Source of the DNA: Cytophagaceae bacterium
GTDB lineage: Bacteria; Bacteroidota; Bacteroidia; Cytophagales; Spirosomataceae
Length of the DNA stretch: 64,000 nt
Direction: 5' to 3'
NCBI GenBank assembly: GCA_016722655.1
Contig: JADKIR010000004.1
Coordinates: 1,595,183-1,659,182 of the forward strand
How positions within the stretch are numbered: the stretch's first letter is position 1; every line of letters begins with the position of its first letter. The notes beneath the pieces are model-generated. The model was not told the origin of the DNA. It made no database searches and worked only from the letters and a program-made list of their open reading frames with translations. Shown here in pieces: positions 17,626 through 25,676 of the stretch. The position numbers and the translations under genes were made by a program.

Positions 17626-19023
17626 TTATTCTTCTTTCTTCTTTTCTTCTTTTTTCTTGAGGGCTACTTTGTCACCGTCTTTGAGTTTTTTCGATACTTC
17701 AAGGAAAGGACCCGAGATGATCTCTTCGCCGGCTTTTAGACCTGAAACAATTTCTATCGATCCTGCACCAGTATCGGTGATTCCGGTTTTTACTTCACGT
17801 TTTTTAGCTACGCCTTTGTCGTTGACAAACACGATTTCTTTTGGCACTTCTTTTTTCACCGGCTCGTTGTCCACTGCTCCTAAGCCCATTCCCTCGTCGC
17901 CATCTTTTTCTTTATCTGATTTTTTGTTTTCTACCCGGGTGGTTACAGCCGAGATAGGCACCGAAAGCACCCCGGCCTTATTGTTAGTCACGATTTCCAC
18001 CGTAGCAGTCATTCCCGGTTTAAACGGATACTTACGGCCTTTTTTGTAATCGATCAACTCACGGTATGAGCTGGGAAGGATTTTGATTCTCACTTCAAAC
18101 TCTGTCACCGACTCAGTCGAGTTGCTGGCAGCTGCAGTCAATGATCCACCCGAACCATTTGCCGTATTGGCGATTTGGGTCACGATGCCTTTAAATTTCT
18201 TGCCCGACGAGGCATAAGAATCCACATCTACTATTACGGTATCGGTCAAACCAACCCTTACAATATCGTTTTCATTTACATTTACCCTTACCTCCATGTT
18301 GTTGAGGTTGGCTATTCTCAACATTTCGGTTCCGGCCATTTGCGAGGTACCAACTACCCTTTCTCCCAATTCTACGGCCAGTTTCGACACGATACCTGTC
18401 ATCGGTGCATAGATATTAGTTTTTCTAAGGTTTTCAGAGGCATCTTTCAATGCAGCCTGCGAGCTTTTTATGCCATATTGAGCAGCCTGATAATTGGCTT
18501 TTGCAGCTTCCAGATCCTGTTTGGCAATCTTCATGTTGGTTTCGGTAGTCTCAAATTCCGACTGAGAAATCACTTTTTCTTCTAATAGTTTTTTCTGACG
18601 GTTATATTCTACCTGAGTTCTCAAGAGCTGAGATTCCGCCCTGGCGATAGATGATTTTGATTGCTCTGCCGAAGCCTGTGACTGGTTTACACCTGCTTTA
18701 AATCTTTCTACAACCGACACATAGTTTTCAGGCTGGATTTTTAACAAGAGCTGTCCTTTTTGCACAGAATCCCCTTCTTTCACGTAAAGAGCGATGATTT
18801 CACCCGGTACATCAGGAGTGATTTTTACTTCAACTTCGGGTTGAATTTTACCTGATGCCGACACCGTTTCGGTCAGATTACCTTTCACTACTTTGGTAAG
18901 TTCTACTTCTGTGGGTTTCTCACTGTTGATCCAACCCGCTTTTTTTCCGATAATTATAAAAAGTATGAGGGCAACCAAAATACCTCCAAGTATCCACCAT
19001 ATTTTTTTTGACTTCTTGTTCAT
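17626..19023 (-). CDS. efflux transporter periplasmic adaptor subunit (HlyD/MacA-like membrane fusion protein)
   Basis: 465 aa. Has an N-terminal TM anchor, a lipoyl-like motif (GQLLLKIQPE), a long coiled-coil and a beta-barrel/MP domain, plus a Lys/Glu-rich tail. Confidence 0.8.
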   Translation of the reverse strand: MNKKSKKIWWILGGILVALILFIIIGKKAGWINSEKPTEVELTKVVKGNLTETVSASGKIQPEVEVKITPDVPGEIIALYVKEGDSVQKGQLLLKIQPENYVSVVERFKAGVNQSQASAEQSKSSIARAESQLLRTQVEYNRQKKLLEEKVISQSEFETTETNMKIAKQDLEAAKANYQAAQYGIKSSQAALKDASENLRKTNIYAPMTGIVSKLAVELGERVVGTSQMAGTEMLRIANLNNMEVRVNVNENDIVRVGLTDTVIVDVDSYASSGKKFKGIVTQIANTANGSGGSLTAAASNSTESVTEFEVRIKILPSSYRELIDYKKGRKYPFKPGMTATVEIVTNNKAGVLSVPISAVTTRVENKKSDKEKDGDEGMGLGAVDNEPVKKEVPKEIVFVNDKGVAKKREVKTGITDTGAGSIEIVSGLKAGEEIISGPFLEVSKKLKDGDKVALKKKEEKKKEE

Positions 19024-19069
19024 TGGTATGTTTTCTTAAAAAATTAATAATAATGTTTTTATAAAGGGT

Positions 19070-20530
19070 TTATAGCTCCAAAGGTCTGTTTTGATAGAAA
19101 TCCAATACTTTTATCCTGAAAATATAATCGTATTTGGCTACCACAAGGTTGCTTTTTGCTCGATCCAGGTTGGTTTTAGCAAGATTATAATCCATAAAAT
19201 TATTTGATCCAGCACTATAGCGGGTCTCTATCGCTTTGAATGATTTTTCGAGAGCATTGACTTGAATCTGGGTTGCCGAAAATCTCTTTTGAGCATTGAG
19301 CATATTGATATAAGCCTGATCAATGTTTTGTTTTATCTGCAATTTGGTACTTTGATTCTGAATATCCGTTTGTTTTTTCTGAATCGTTGCCGCCTGTGTC
19401 TGGTATTTCTGGTTGTAGCCATTAAATATCGGTATTCTCAACGATAACCCCACATTCAAGTTTTGGTTATTTCCTAACTGTTTGAAATAGTTAATGTTTT
19501 CCGAAGTATAGGTAGTTTGTGGAAAATTTATCACAAACGGGATGGTTTGTCCCTGAAACTCAGCCGAAACCGGAATTGGAGAGCTTGTTGAACCACTTGG
19601 AGTCAAAGTTTTTGCAACAGAAGAATATGCCGTACCCCAGCTTGTGGAGGCAGAAAGTGTTGGTAGCCCCAAGCTCTTGGCAATCGCAATATTCCTGTCC
19701 GCAACCTTCATTCTTATTTCTCCGGCTTTAATTTCAGGCAAGTAGCCCAGTGCATTTTCATACACCTGATTGGCAGTTTCACCATATTGTATTAAATTCG
19801 GGTCAGGCACATTAATTCTTTCAGCTTTTATTACCATTTCTGTTGGAGCATTCATGGCTTGTTTTAGCGTCAAAAGTGCCGACTCGTGATTGTTTTTGGC
19901 ATTGAGGAGGCTCAGCTCATCGTTGGCACGCTGTGCTTCCAGGTCAAAAAGATTGGTTTCGGGAACGGTACCCGACCGTACCAATTTTTCCATTCTTTCA
20001 AACTGAAAATTGGTCACATCCAGTTGTTTTTGAGCCACTTCTATCAGGTCTTCTGTCGAAAGGGCATTGAGGTATGCCAAGGCCACCTGAAGTGAAACGT
20101 TGTTTCTCATGGTATTCACGTCCATTAGCAGGGCTTCAAGCGTCAATTTTGCTCTTTCTACCGTGTTTTTGTTCCTGAAACCATCGTAAACAGGCATATT
20201 TAGCCCTACCCCTACATTATTGGTTCCGATAGTTTGAGTTACGATTCCGTTGGTAAAAGGATCCACGTTACGACCTGCATTGCCGTTGAGGTTAAATTGA
20301 CCGTTGGCCGTTGGATATTTGGCCATTTTAGCCTGATCCAGCGTGACCATTCCTGATTCTACCGCCACCTGTGTTTGTTGCATGTTCAGGTTATTTTTCA
20401 GGGCATAGTCCACGCACTCTCTCAACGAAAGCACCTGTGCCTGACCCGAAGATCCCGAAACTTTGGTTTGGCCCATGGCATACACCGAGGAAACCAAAAT
20501 CAATGCGGCTATTTTAAAATTGAAATTCAT
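19070..20530 (-). CDS. TolC family outer membrane efflux protein
   Basis: 486 aa with a signal peptide and two OEP repeats (LSLRECVDYALKNNLNMQ..., coiled-coil pattern). Confidence 0.8.
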   Translation of the reverse strand: MNFNFKIAALILVSSVYAMGQTKVSGSSGQAQVLSLRECVDYALKNNLNMQQTQVAVESGMVTLDQAKMAKYPTANGQFNLNGNAGRNVDPFTNGIVTQTIGTNNVGVGLNMPVYDGFRNKNTVERAKLTLEALLMDVNTMRNNVSLQVALAYLNALSTEDLIEVAQKQLDVTNFQFERMEKLVRSGTVPETNLFDLEAQRANDELSLLNAKNNHESALLTLKQAMNAPTEMVIKAERINVPDPNLIQYGETANQVYENALGYLPEIKAGEIRMKVADRNIAIAKSLGLPTLSASTSWGTAYSSVAKTLTPSGSTSSPIPVSAEFQGQTIPFVINFPQTTYTSENINYFKQLGNNQNLNVGLSLRIPIFNGYNQKYQTQAATIQKKQTDIQNQSTKLQIKQNIDQAYINMLNAQKRFSATQIQVNALEKSFKAIETRYSAGSNNFMDYNLAKTNLDRAKSNLVVAKYDYIFRIKVLDFYQNRPLEL

Positions 20531-20706
20531 ATCTATAGCGAGCTGTTTTTTGATTACAATTTTAAGAACTATAAAACTAAGGCTTAAGTGAATTTATTTA
20601 AACGGCAAAAAACTGCAATAAACCGTGAATGAGGTGTTTTGGTGAAAATTTCAGGAGGCAGATTTCTCTAATCTTTTTACTGGTTGCGAACTATTCCTGA
20701 TAATTT

Positions 20707-20792
20707 GGGCGGCGGCCAGCCACGCCTTAGTGTGGACGTTGCTCCATGCTTTGGCGTGGGAGCTCCAACAATGGCTCTATCCCTGCTGCGAG
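20707..20792. repeat. GC-rich hairpin block, same family as 9238-9364
   Basis: Contains hairpins ccacgccttagtgtgg (20720-20735) and ccatgctttggcgtgg (20744-20759). Sits in the spacer between the AraC pseudogene stop and the tolC start. Confidence 0.55.
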
Positions 20793-20811
20793 TTTCGTTT
20801 TCTTACAGGCA

Positions 20812-21677
20812 TTATGATTCTTTCTCTTTCACCGACTGAAAAGGCGTTTGTCCAAATTTCTCCTTGTAGCCTTTGATAAAATGTGATACGCTTTCATAAC
20901 CGATACTTTCCGAAACCTGCTCTACATTGCCCAGCTTGTTTTTCAACATAAAAGCCGCATGTTCCAGTTTTTTGTCTTTGATATATTTCCCTGGGGACTG
21001 GCTAAATTTTTCAATAAAATCTCTTTTAAACGACGAAAGGCTTCGGCCAGAAAGTCTCGCCAGCTCGTTGATGTTGAGGGTTTTACGGCAAATGTGTCCA
21101 CAATATAGTCCAGATCGGCTTTTTGTCCGGCATATATCGAGAAAAGCAATTGCCTGAGTTGCTGATTTTTGTCAAATTCCAAAAGATGTAATAATAGCTC
21201 CTGTAGTTTTAGTTTTAAAATCTGATTATGATACCGGCTCTGGGTTTTGAAATAGGGCAGGAGTGAGTCTATATATTTCCCGAATGCCTCATTGGATTGC
21301 AGCACCAGCAACCAGGAGTTTTGAGTTGCGGCAGGCTGTGTATGGGTCTGAAATATTTCCAGATGTTGACTTACAAATTCCTTGAGGAGCTTTTCTTCGA
21401 AAAAAAACACCAGGCTTTTATAAGATTCGTTGATAGACTCCGACATCAGATAGTAGCCCCGCTTTACAAAAAGCACATCGCCTTTTTTTACCCGCACCTC
21501 AGAATTGGAGCTACTGAAAATCTTGTCTCCTTCAAGTATGTACAGTACAGCATTTTCTTCAAAAAACACATCGTTTTTGGAAGGATAAATATTGCTCCTG
21601 TAAGCCACAAAAGTGCTCTCCTGAATCTTCAGGGACTCAAATTGGTCGGCTTTTATTTCAGAGGGTACACGGAGCAT
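20812..21677 (-). pseudogene. AraC family transcriptional regulator, disrupted by a frameshift
   Basis: The N-terminal cupin-like domain is read from 21677 in one frame and ends in nonsense (..AVKPSTSTSWRDFLAEAF..*). The complete AraC HTH domain (RKTLNINELARLSGRSLSSFKRDFIEKFSQSPGKYIKDKKLEHAAFMLKN...GYESVSHFIKGYKEKFGQTPFQ) lies in a different frame and ends at TAA 20812-20814. The frames swap near 21087-21130. Confidence 0.8.
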
Positions 21678-21678
21678 A
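21636..21678. repeat. 43-nt direct repeat, copy A (covers the AraC start codon and first 14 codons)
   Basis: ctcaaattggtcggcttttatttcagagggtacacggagcata, 41/43 identical to 22466-22508. Confidence 0.85.
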
Positions 21679-21770
21679 GAAAGTAGGATTATTATTTTTT
21701 AAAACTGAAAAATAAAAAATTTGAATTTTCTTTTTTAGGGAGATTAGAAATAGGGTGATTTAATTTGAGC

Positions 21771-22220
21771 CTAATTCTTTTTACTGAGATTCTTAATGTC
21801 AATTTTGTCTTGAGGCCTTCCAGAAGCTTTTTTGTTTGCAATCAAATGCTTTAAATTAACAAAATTGATATTTAAACCTTCAACAGCGATGGTCTCTTTA
21901 TTGTCATAGGCTTCCTTAAAGTCAATACCATCTACAGAAGTTAAAATGTCTATTCTAAGTGGAGGATAACCAATTTGGTTAATAATATTTTCTTTTAAAA
22001 AATCTTGTTTTTGAAATGGTAAAGAAGCAAAACCAAAATCTCTTAAAACTAGTAACATTTTTTCTGAATTAGACTCAGAGATTCCAATCCAGATGTCTAA
22101 ATCACCTGTATATCTAGGTCTGCCGTGAAAAGCCATGGCATAGCCACCCACAACTAAATATTCGACAGAGAATTGATTTAGTAAAGATATGAAGTCTTCA
22201 AAATCCTTTTCTAAAGTCAT
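21771..22220 (-). CDS. small pol-beta-fold nucleotidyltransferase-like protein (149 aa), toxin-antitoxin-like
   Basis: Has VVGGYAMAFHG...RYTGDLDIWI, a G[GS]...DxD minimal NTase signature. The size and layout resemble stand-alone DUF6036-type nucleotidyltransferases (family recalled, not searched). Confidence 0.6.
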   Translation of the reverse strand: MTLEKDFEDFISLLNQFSVEYLVVGGYAMAFHGRPRYTGDLDIWIGISESNSEKMLLVLRDFGFASLPFQKQDFLKENIINQIGYPPLRIDILTSVDGIDFKEAYDNKETIAVEGLNINFVNLKHLIANKKASGRPQDKIDIKNLSKKN

Positions 22221-22408
22221 TTCATATGAAAAGTTTTTGTATAAGTTTTATCCATTTTCTGGCCTGAATTTACATTTTGTTTTATCAAAATAAATAAAGA
22301 TTCAAGCCTTTCTTTCTTTGTTTTTCCTTGCCAATAATCAAAATCCAATGATTCTTGATCGCTTTTTAAGGATAAACTCCTTCCTTCTAAAATTATTTTT
22401 CTATCCAT
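22217..22408 (-). CDS. small partner protein (63 aa), putative antitoxin-like
   Basis: Its stop overlaps the NTase start by 4 nt (ATGA at 22217-22220). No recognisable domain. Confidence 0.45.
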   Translation of the reverse strand: MDRKIILEGRSLSLKSDQESLDFDYWQGKTKKERLESLFILIKQNVNSGQKMDKTYTKTFHMK

Positions 22409-22465
22409 ATTTTTGAACTAGAACCTCAAACTAAACAAATTTACATTTTCTTCTTAAAAAAATAG

Positions 22466-22508
22466 CTCAAACTGGTCGGCTTTTATTTCTGAGGGTACAC
22501 GGAGCATA
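22466..22508. repeat. 43-nt direct repeat, copy B (orphan duplicate of the AraC 5' end)
   Basis: ctcaaactggtcggcttttatttctgagggtacacggagcata. On the minus strand it encodes MLRVPSEIKADQFE and then terminates after 3 more codons. Confidence 0.85.
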
Positions 22509-22597
22509 TTAGATTTTATTTCAAAATAACTCTATGGTGTATAAGATATTTGATTTTAAGTTAAATTTACTACTTCAAAAACCAACTAAATTCCGAA

Positions 22598-25063
22598 ATG
22601 AAGAAATTATTCACCATTTTGTTTTTTATTCTTCCCACATTTTTGCTTGCCCAAACTCAGGTAACTGATTTCCAGACCATTAGCAAGTCTCCAATTGATT
22701 TCAAAATTTTGGGAAAATCTGGCAACAAAATATTTGTTTGGGCAGATAAACCCGAAGGAGCGGATGAAATTTTGGTCAAGGATATTTCAGGTGATAAATT
22801 CAAAGTTTTCTATAATCTGAAGAACGAAGAGTGGATAAACAGCTTTGATTTTTCTGGTAAAACGAAATATATCTCAGTTTTCGATTCAGACCAAAGACAC
22901 ATTCTAAAACTCAATTCTGATAACTCTGGATTTGAAAAAATCAAATTGCCTGACAACACTGATCAGGTTTATTCGCTGGCAGATAAATTGTTTTTTACAA
23001 AGAATAGAAGGTTATTCTTGTTGGAGAAAGTTAAATATTTGTACCAATTCAAAATTTTTAAAAATGAATATAAATTAATTCAAAAACTGAATGACAATCA
23101 GATTCTTATAAAATATGATGATTACTCAGTTGGAATTGTGGGTAGCAATCTGGCAGAAAAAACACTAAATCCAGGGGTCCAATTTAATGGGTTTTCCTTT
23201 GAAAATGAGCAATTGATTTTTTACTCTCCGGAGGAAATCGTGATTTGCGATAATTTTTTCAATATTATTACTAAGAAAAAAGTAAACTTTTATGAAAAGC
23301 CTAAAAATGCTTATTTCAAAGTATTCACTGATAAGAATTACATTATATCAGTAGGGTATAAATTTAAACTCCATAATTATTACACCATCGAGCCTAACTT
23401 TATTGTAAGTAAATCATTTATTTCTGAGGATAGATTGATGGTTTTAAATGATAGCGGCTATGTTACGAGAGGAGAGCTTTCTATTGATGGAGGACCTACT
23501 AATTTTAAGAAAGTTTCTAATTTCCTTTCGATTGGCTCCGAAGTTTATTTCTTATCATTCAATTATGGTAATTCTTCCAGCAATGGCTTGTTTCTTAAAG
23601 TTTTAGATCATGAACAATTTAAGATTAAAAGCTATAAAATTTCTGATTCACTTTTCAAATCTCAATCTTACCATGGAAAACAGCAAATAGGATCTTTGGT
23701 CAATATTGGTAATCAGCTTGTTATATTTTCTAATAGCTCACCTCTACCACTAGCATTATATGACTTAACAAAAAAAGAATTAGTAAAATCAGATATTAAA
23801 ACTCAAAACTATGTAGGAAGTATCAACCAAAATGAGGCTTCTTTTTTGGTTAAAGAAGGGGAGACTATTGTGGAATATGACCTATCGGCCATAACAAAAA
23901 ATACGTTTTTAAATGAGAATATAAGCAAATGGGAATCTGGAATTAAAAAGCATTTTAAAGTGGCTGACGATCTTATATTTTTAGTAGAAAAGCCTGATAA
24001 ATCAAGTTTTTTGGCAACTATAAAAGATAATAAGCCACATATTTTACTTAATACTAATGTATTCTCAAATGGATTTAACTTATATGCCGACTGGAAGATT
24101 GATAAATTTCGAAATTTTTTAGTATTTCAAATAGGTCAGGAGATTAAAGGATTTGAATACGATAACCAGAAAAATCTATTAACAGAAATAAATATCGGAA
24201 ATGGAAATTACTTTGCAGAGGTAGGCAAATATTATGATAAATTTTGGTTTCAGCGTAATTCCCAATTATTGTCAATTGATGAAAATCTTCATGTAAATAT
24301 TTTAAGAAATTTTTCCGGTTACCCCAAAGTTTTAAACATTTTTGAAAACAACGATGTGCTTTATTCCACTGATACTTCCTTGAATTATTTCTCCAATGAT
24401 AATAAAAAGGATTTAAAACTTTCTGATGGCTATACAGAAATATTAAGTATTGAAAAAAATAAAGTATTATATAAAGCCGGAAGGAAAATTATGCAATTTA
24501 TCCCTTCCTCAGGAGCTTTGACTGTGAGCTATTCATTTCCGAATAATTTTTTTGATGTGATGTCAACGAGTAATTATAGACTTATTGGAGATTACTATAG
24601 TTTTGATTATAAGATAATTGTCAATCAAACGGCTCAGGTTTATAATTTTGAGAAAGAGTATATGCCTTATAAAGTCATTGAAGGAAATTTTCTATTTTTT
24701 GTTAAAAACAACATAAGTAAGCTTAATATTCTAAATCTGAAAACGCAATCCAAAAAGTCAATAGATTTACCAAAATACCCCATTGAAACGAGTCTTATTG
24801 CAAGCAATGATACATTTGCACTGGTTAGGATTGACAAAGAGGTTTATTCAATTAATCTTTTGGAAAATGATTTGAAATTATCACCATTGGATTTAGATGA
24901 AAATTGCATTCAGTCAAATTTTGGGTCACTTTATCTTTTTTCTGATAAATCAGAATTTTTAATTTTTGATATTAAAACGGGAAAAATTGTCAGGCATAAA
25001 CTCAATCTTTCTGGGTTTGGTTTTAATCAATATTTATCAAAAAAAATGGGAAATATTTATTAG
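22598..25063 (+). CDS. hypothetical secreted protein (821 aa), probably the N-terminal part of a split T9SS cargo gene
   Basis: Signal peptide MKKLFTILFFILPTFLLAQ. Very AT-rich. Ends at TAG 25061-25063, in the same frame as the next ORF. Confidence 0.6.
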   Translation: MKKLFTILFFILPTFLLAQTQVTDFQTISKSPIDFKILGKSGNKIFVWADKPEGADEILVKDISGDKFKVFYNLKNEEWINSFDFSGKTKYISVFDSDQRHILKLNSDNSGFEKIKLPDNTDQVYSLADKLFFTKNRRLFLLEKVKYLYQFKIFKNEYKLIQKLNDNQILIKYDDYSVGIVGSNLAEKTLNPGVQFNGFSFENEQLIFYSPEEIVICDNFFNIITKKKVNFYEKPKNAYFKVFTDKNYIISVGYKFKLHNYYTIEPNFIVSKSFISEDRLMVLNDSGYVTRGELSIDGGPTNFKKVSNFLSIGSEVYFLSFNYGNSSSNGLFLKVLDHEQFKIKSYKISDSLFKSQSYHGKQQIGSLVNIGNQLVIFSNSSPLPLALYDLTKKELVKSDIKTQNYVGSINQNEASFLVKEGETIVEYDLSAITKNTFLNENISKWESGIKKHFKVADDLIFLVEKPDKSSFLATIKDNKPHILLNTNVFSNGFNLYADWKIDKFRNFLVFQIGQEIKGFEYDNQKNLLTEINIGNGNYFAEVGKYYDKFWFQRNSQLLSIDENLHVNILRNFSGYPKVLNIFENNDVLYSTDTSLNYFSNDNKKDLKLSDGYTEILSIEKNKVLYKAGRKIMQFIPSSGALTVSYSFPNNFFDVMSTSNYRLIGDYYSFDYKIIVNQTAQVYNFEKEYMPYKVIEGNFLFFVKNNISKLNILNLKTQSKKSIDLPKYPIETSLIASNDTFALVRIDKEVYSINLLENDLKLSPLDLDENCIQSNFGSLYLFSDKSEFLIFDIKTGKIVRHKLNLSGFGFNQYLSKKMGNIY

Positions 25064-25096
25064 TTAAGATTCACAAATGATTCAAATCAAAAGAAC

Positions 25097-25645
25097 TTGA
25101 TTTTGAATGAAAATTTAGAAGTGATTTCTGAAAGTACTGGTGAATATTCGTACATCACTCAAAATCCTATTATCAGCTTTCAGGGCAAAAAATATTTTAT
25201 TAACTCAGATCCATTTTTTGGAACTGAAATCTGGACTTCAGATGGTACTTCGGCAGGAACCAGAATTTTTTCAGATATTTTTTCTGGTAAAAATAGCTCC
25301 TCTCCTCAACAAATATTTGAAAATGATGGAAAACTGTACGCTTTAGCAACTGGTAATCCTTCCGGCGTACAGATTTGGGAACTGAATAGCGACCAGAAAC
25401 TGGAAAAGGAAGAACCAAAAATTATAGTTTTTCCTAACCCCATGGGAAATGCATTTTCAATTTATATCAATAAAGTTGGTAAGGAATTTCATTTTAATAT
25501 TTTCGATAGTAATGGCAAAATTTATAAAAAAGAGAAATTTTATAAAAATGGCCAAAATTTTGACGCAAGTGATATTCCGTCTGGATTATATTTTTTGAAA
25601 AGTGAGGATGGGCAATTCTTACAGAAAATATTAATAATGAAATAA
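25097..25645 (+). CDS. ELWxxDGT-repeat fragment plus T9SS C-terminal sorting domain (182 aa from a TTG start)
   Basis: Has the FFGTEIWTSDGTSAGT motif. The C-terminal ~75 aa (IVFPNPMGNAFSIYINK...GLYFLKSEDGQFLQKILIMK) resemble a Por/T9SS type A sorting tail. No signal peptide. Same frame as 22598-25063. Confidence 0.5.
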   Translation: MILNENLEVISESTGEYSYITQNPIISFQGKKYFINSDPFFGTEIWTSDGTSAGTRIFSDIFSGKNSSSPQQIFENDGKLYALATGNPSGVQIWELNSDQKLEKEEPKIIVFPNPMGNAFSIYINKVGKEFHFNIFDSNGKIYKKEKFYKNGQNFDASDIPSGLYFLKSEDGQFLQKILIMK

Positions 25646-25676
25646 TTGTCAGAGTTTTGGGGTCTAAAAGAGTAAT

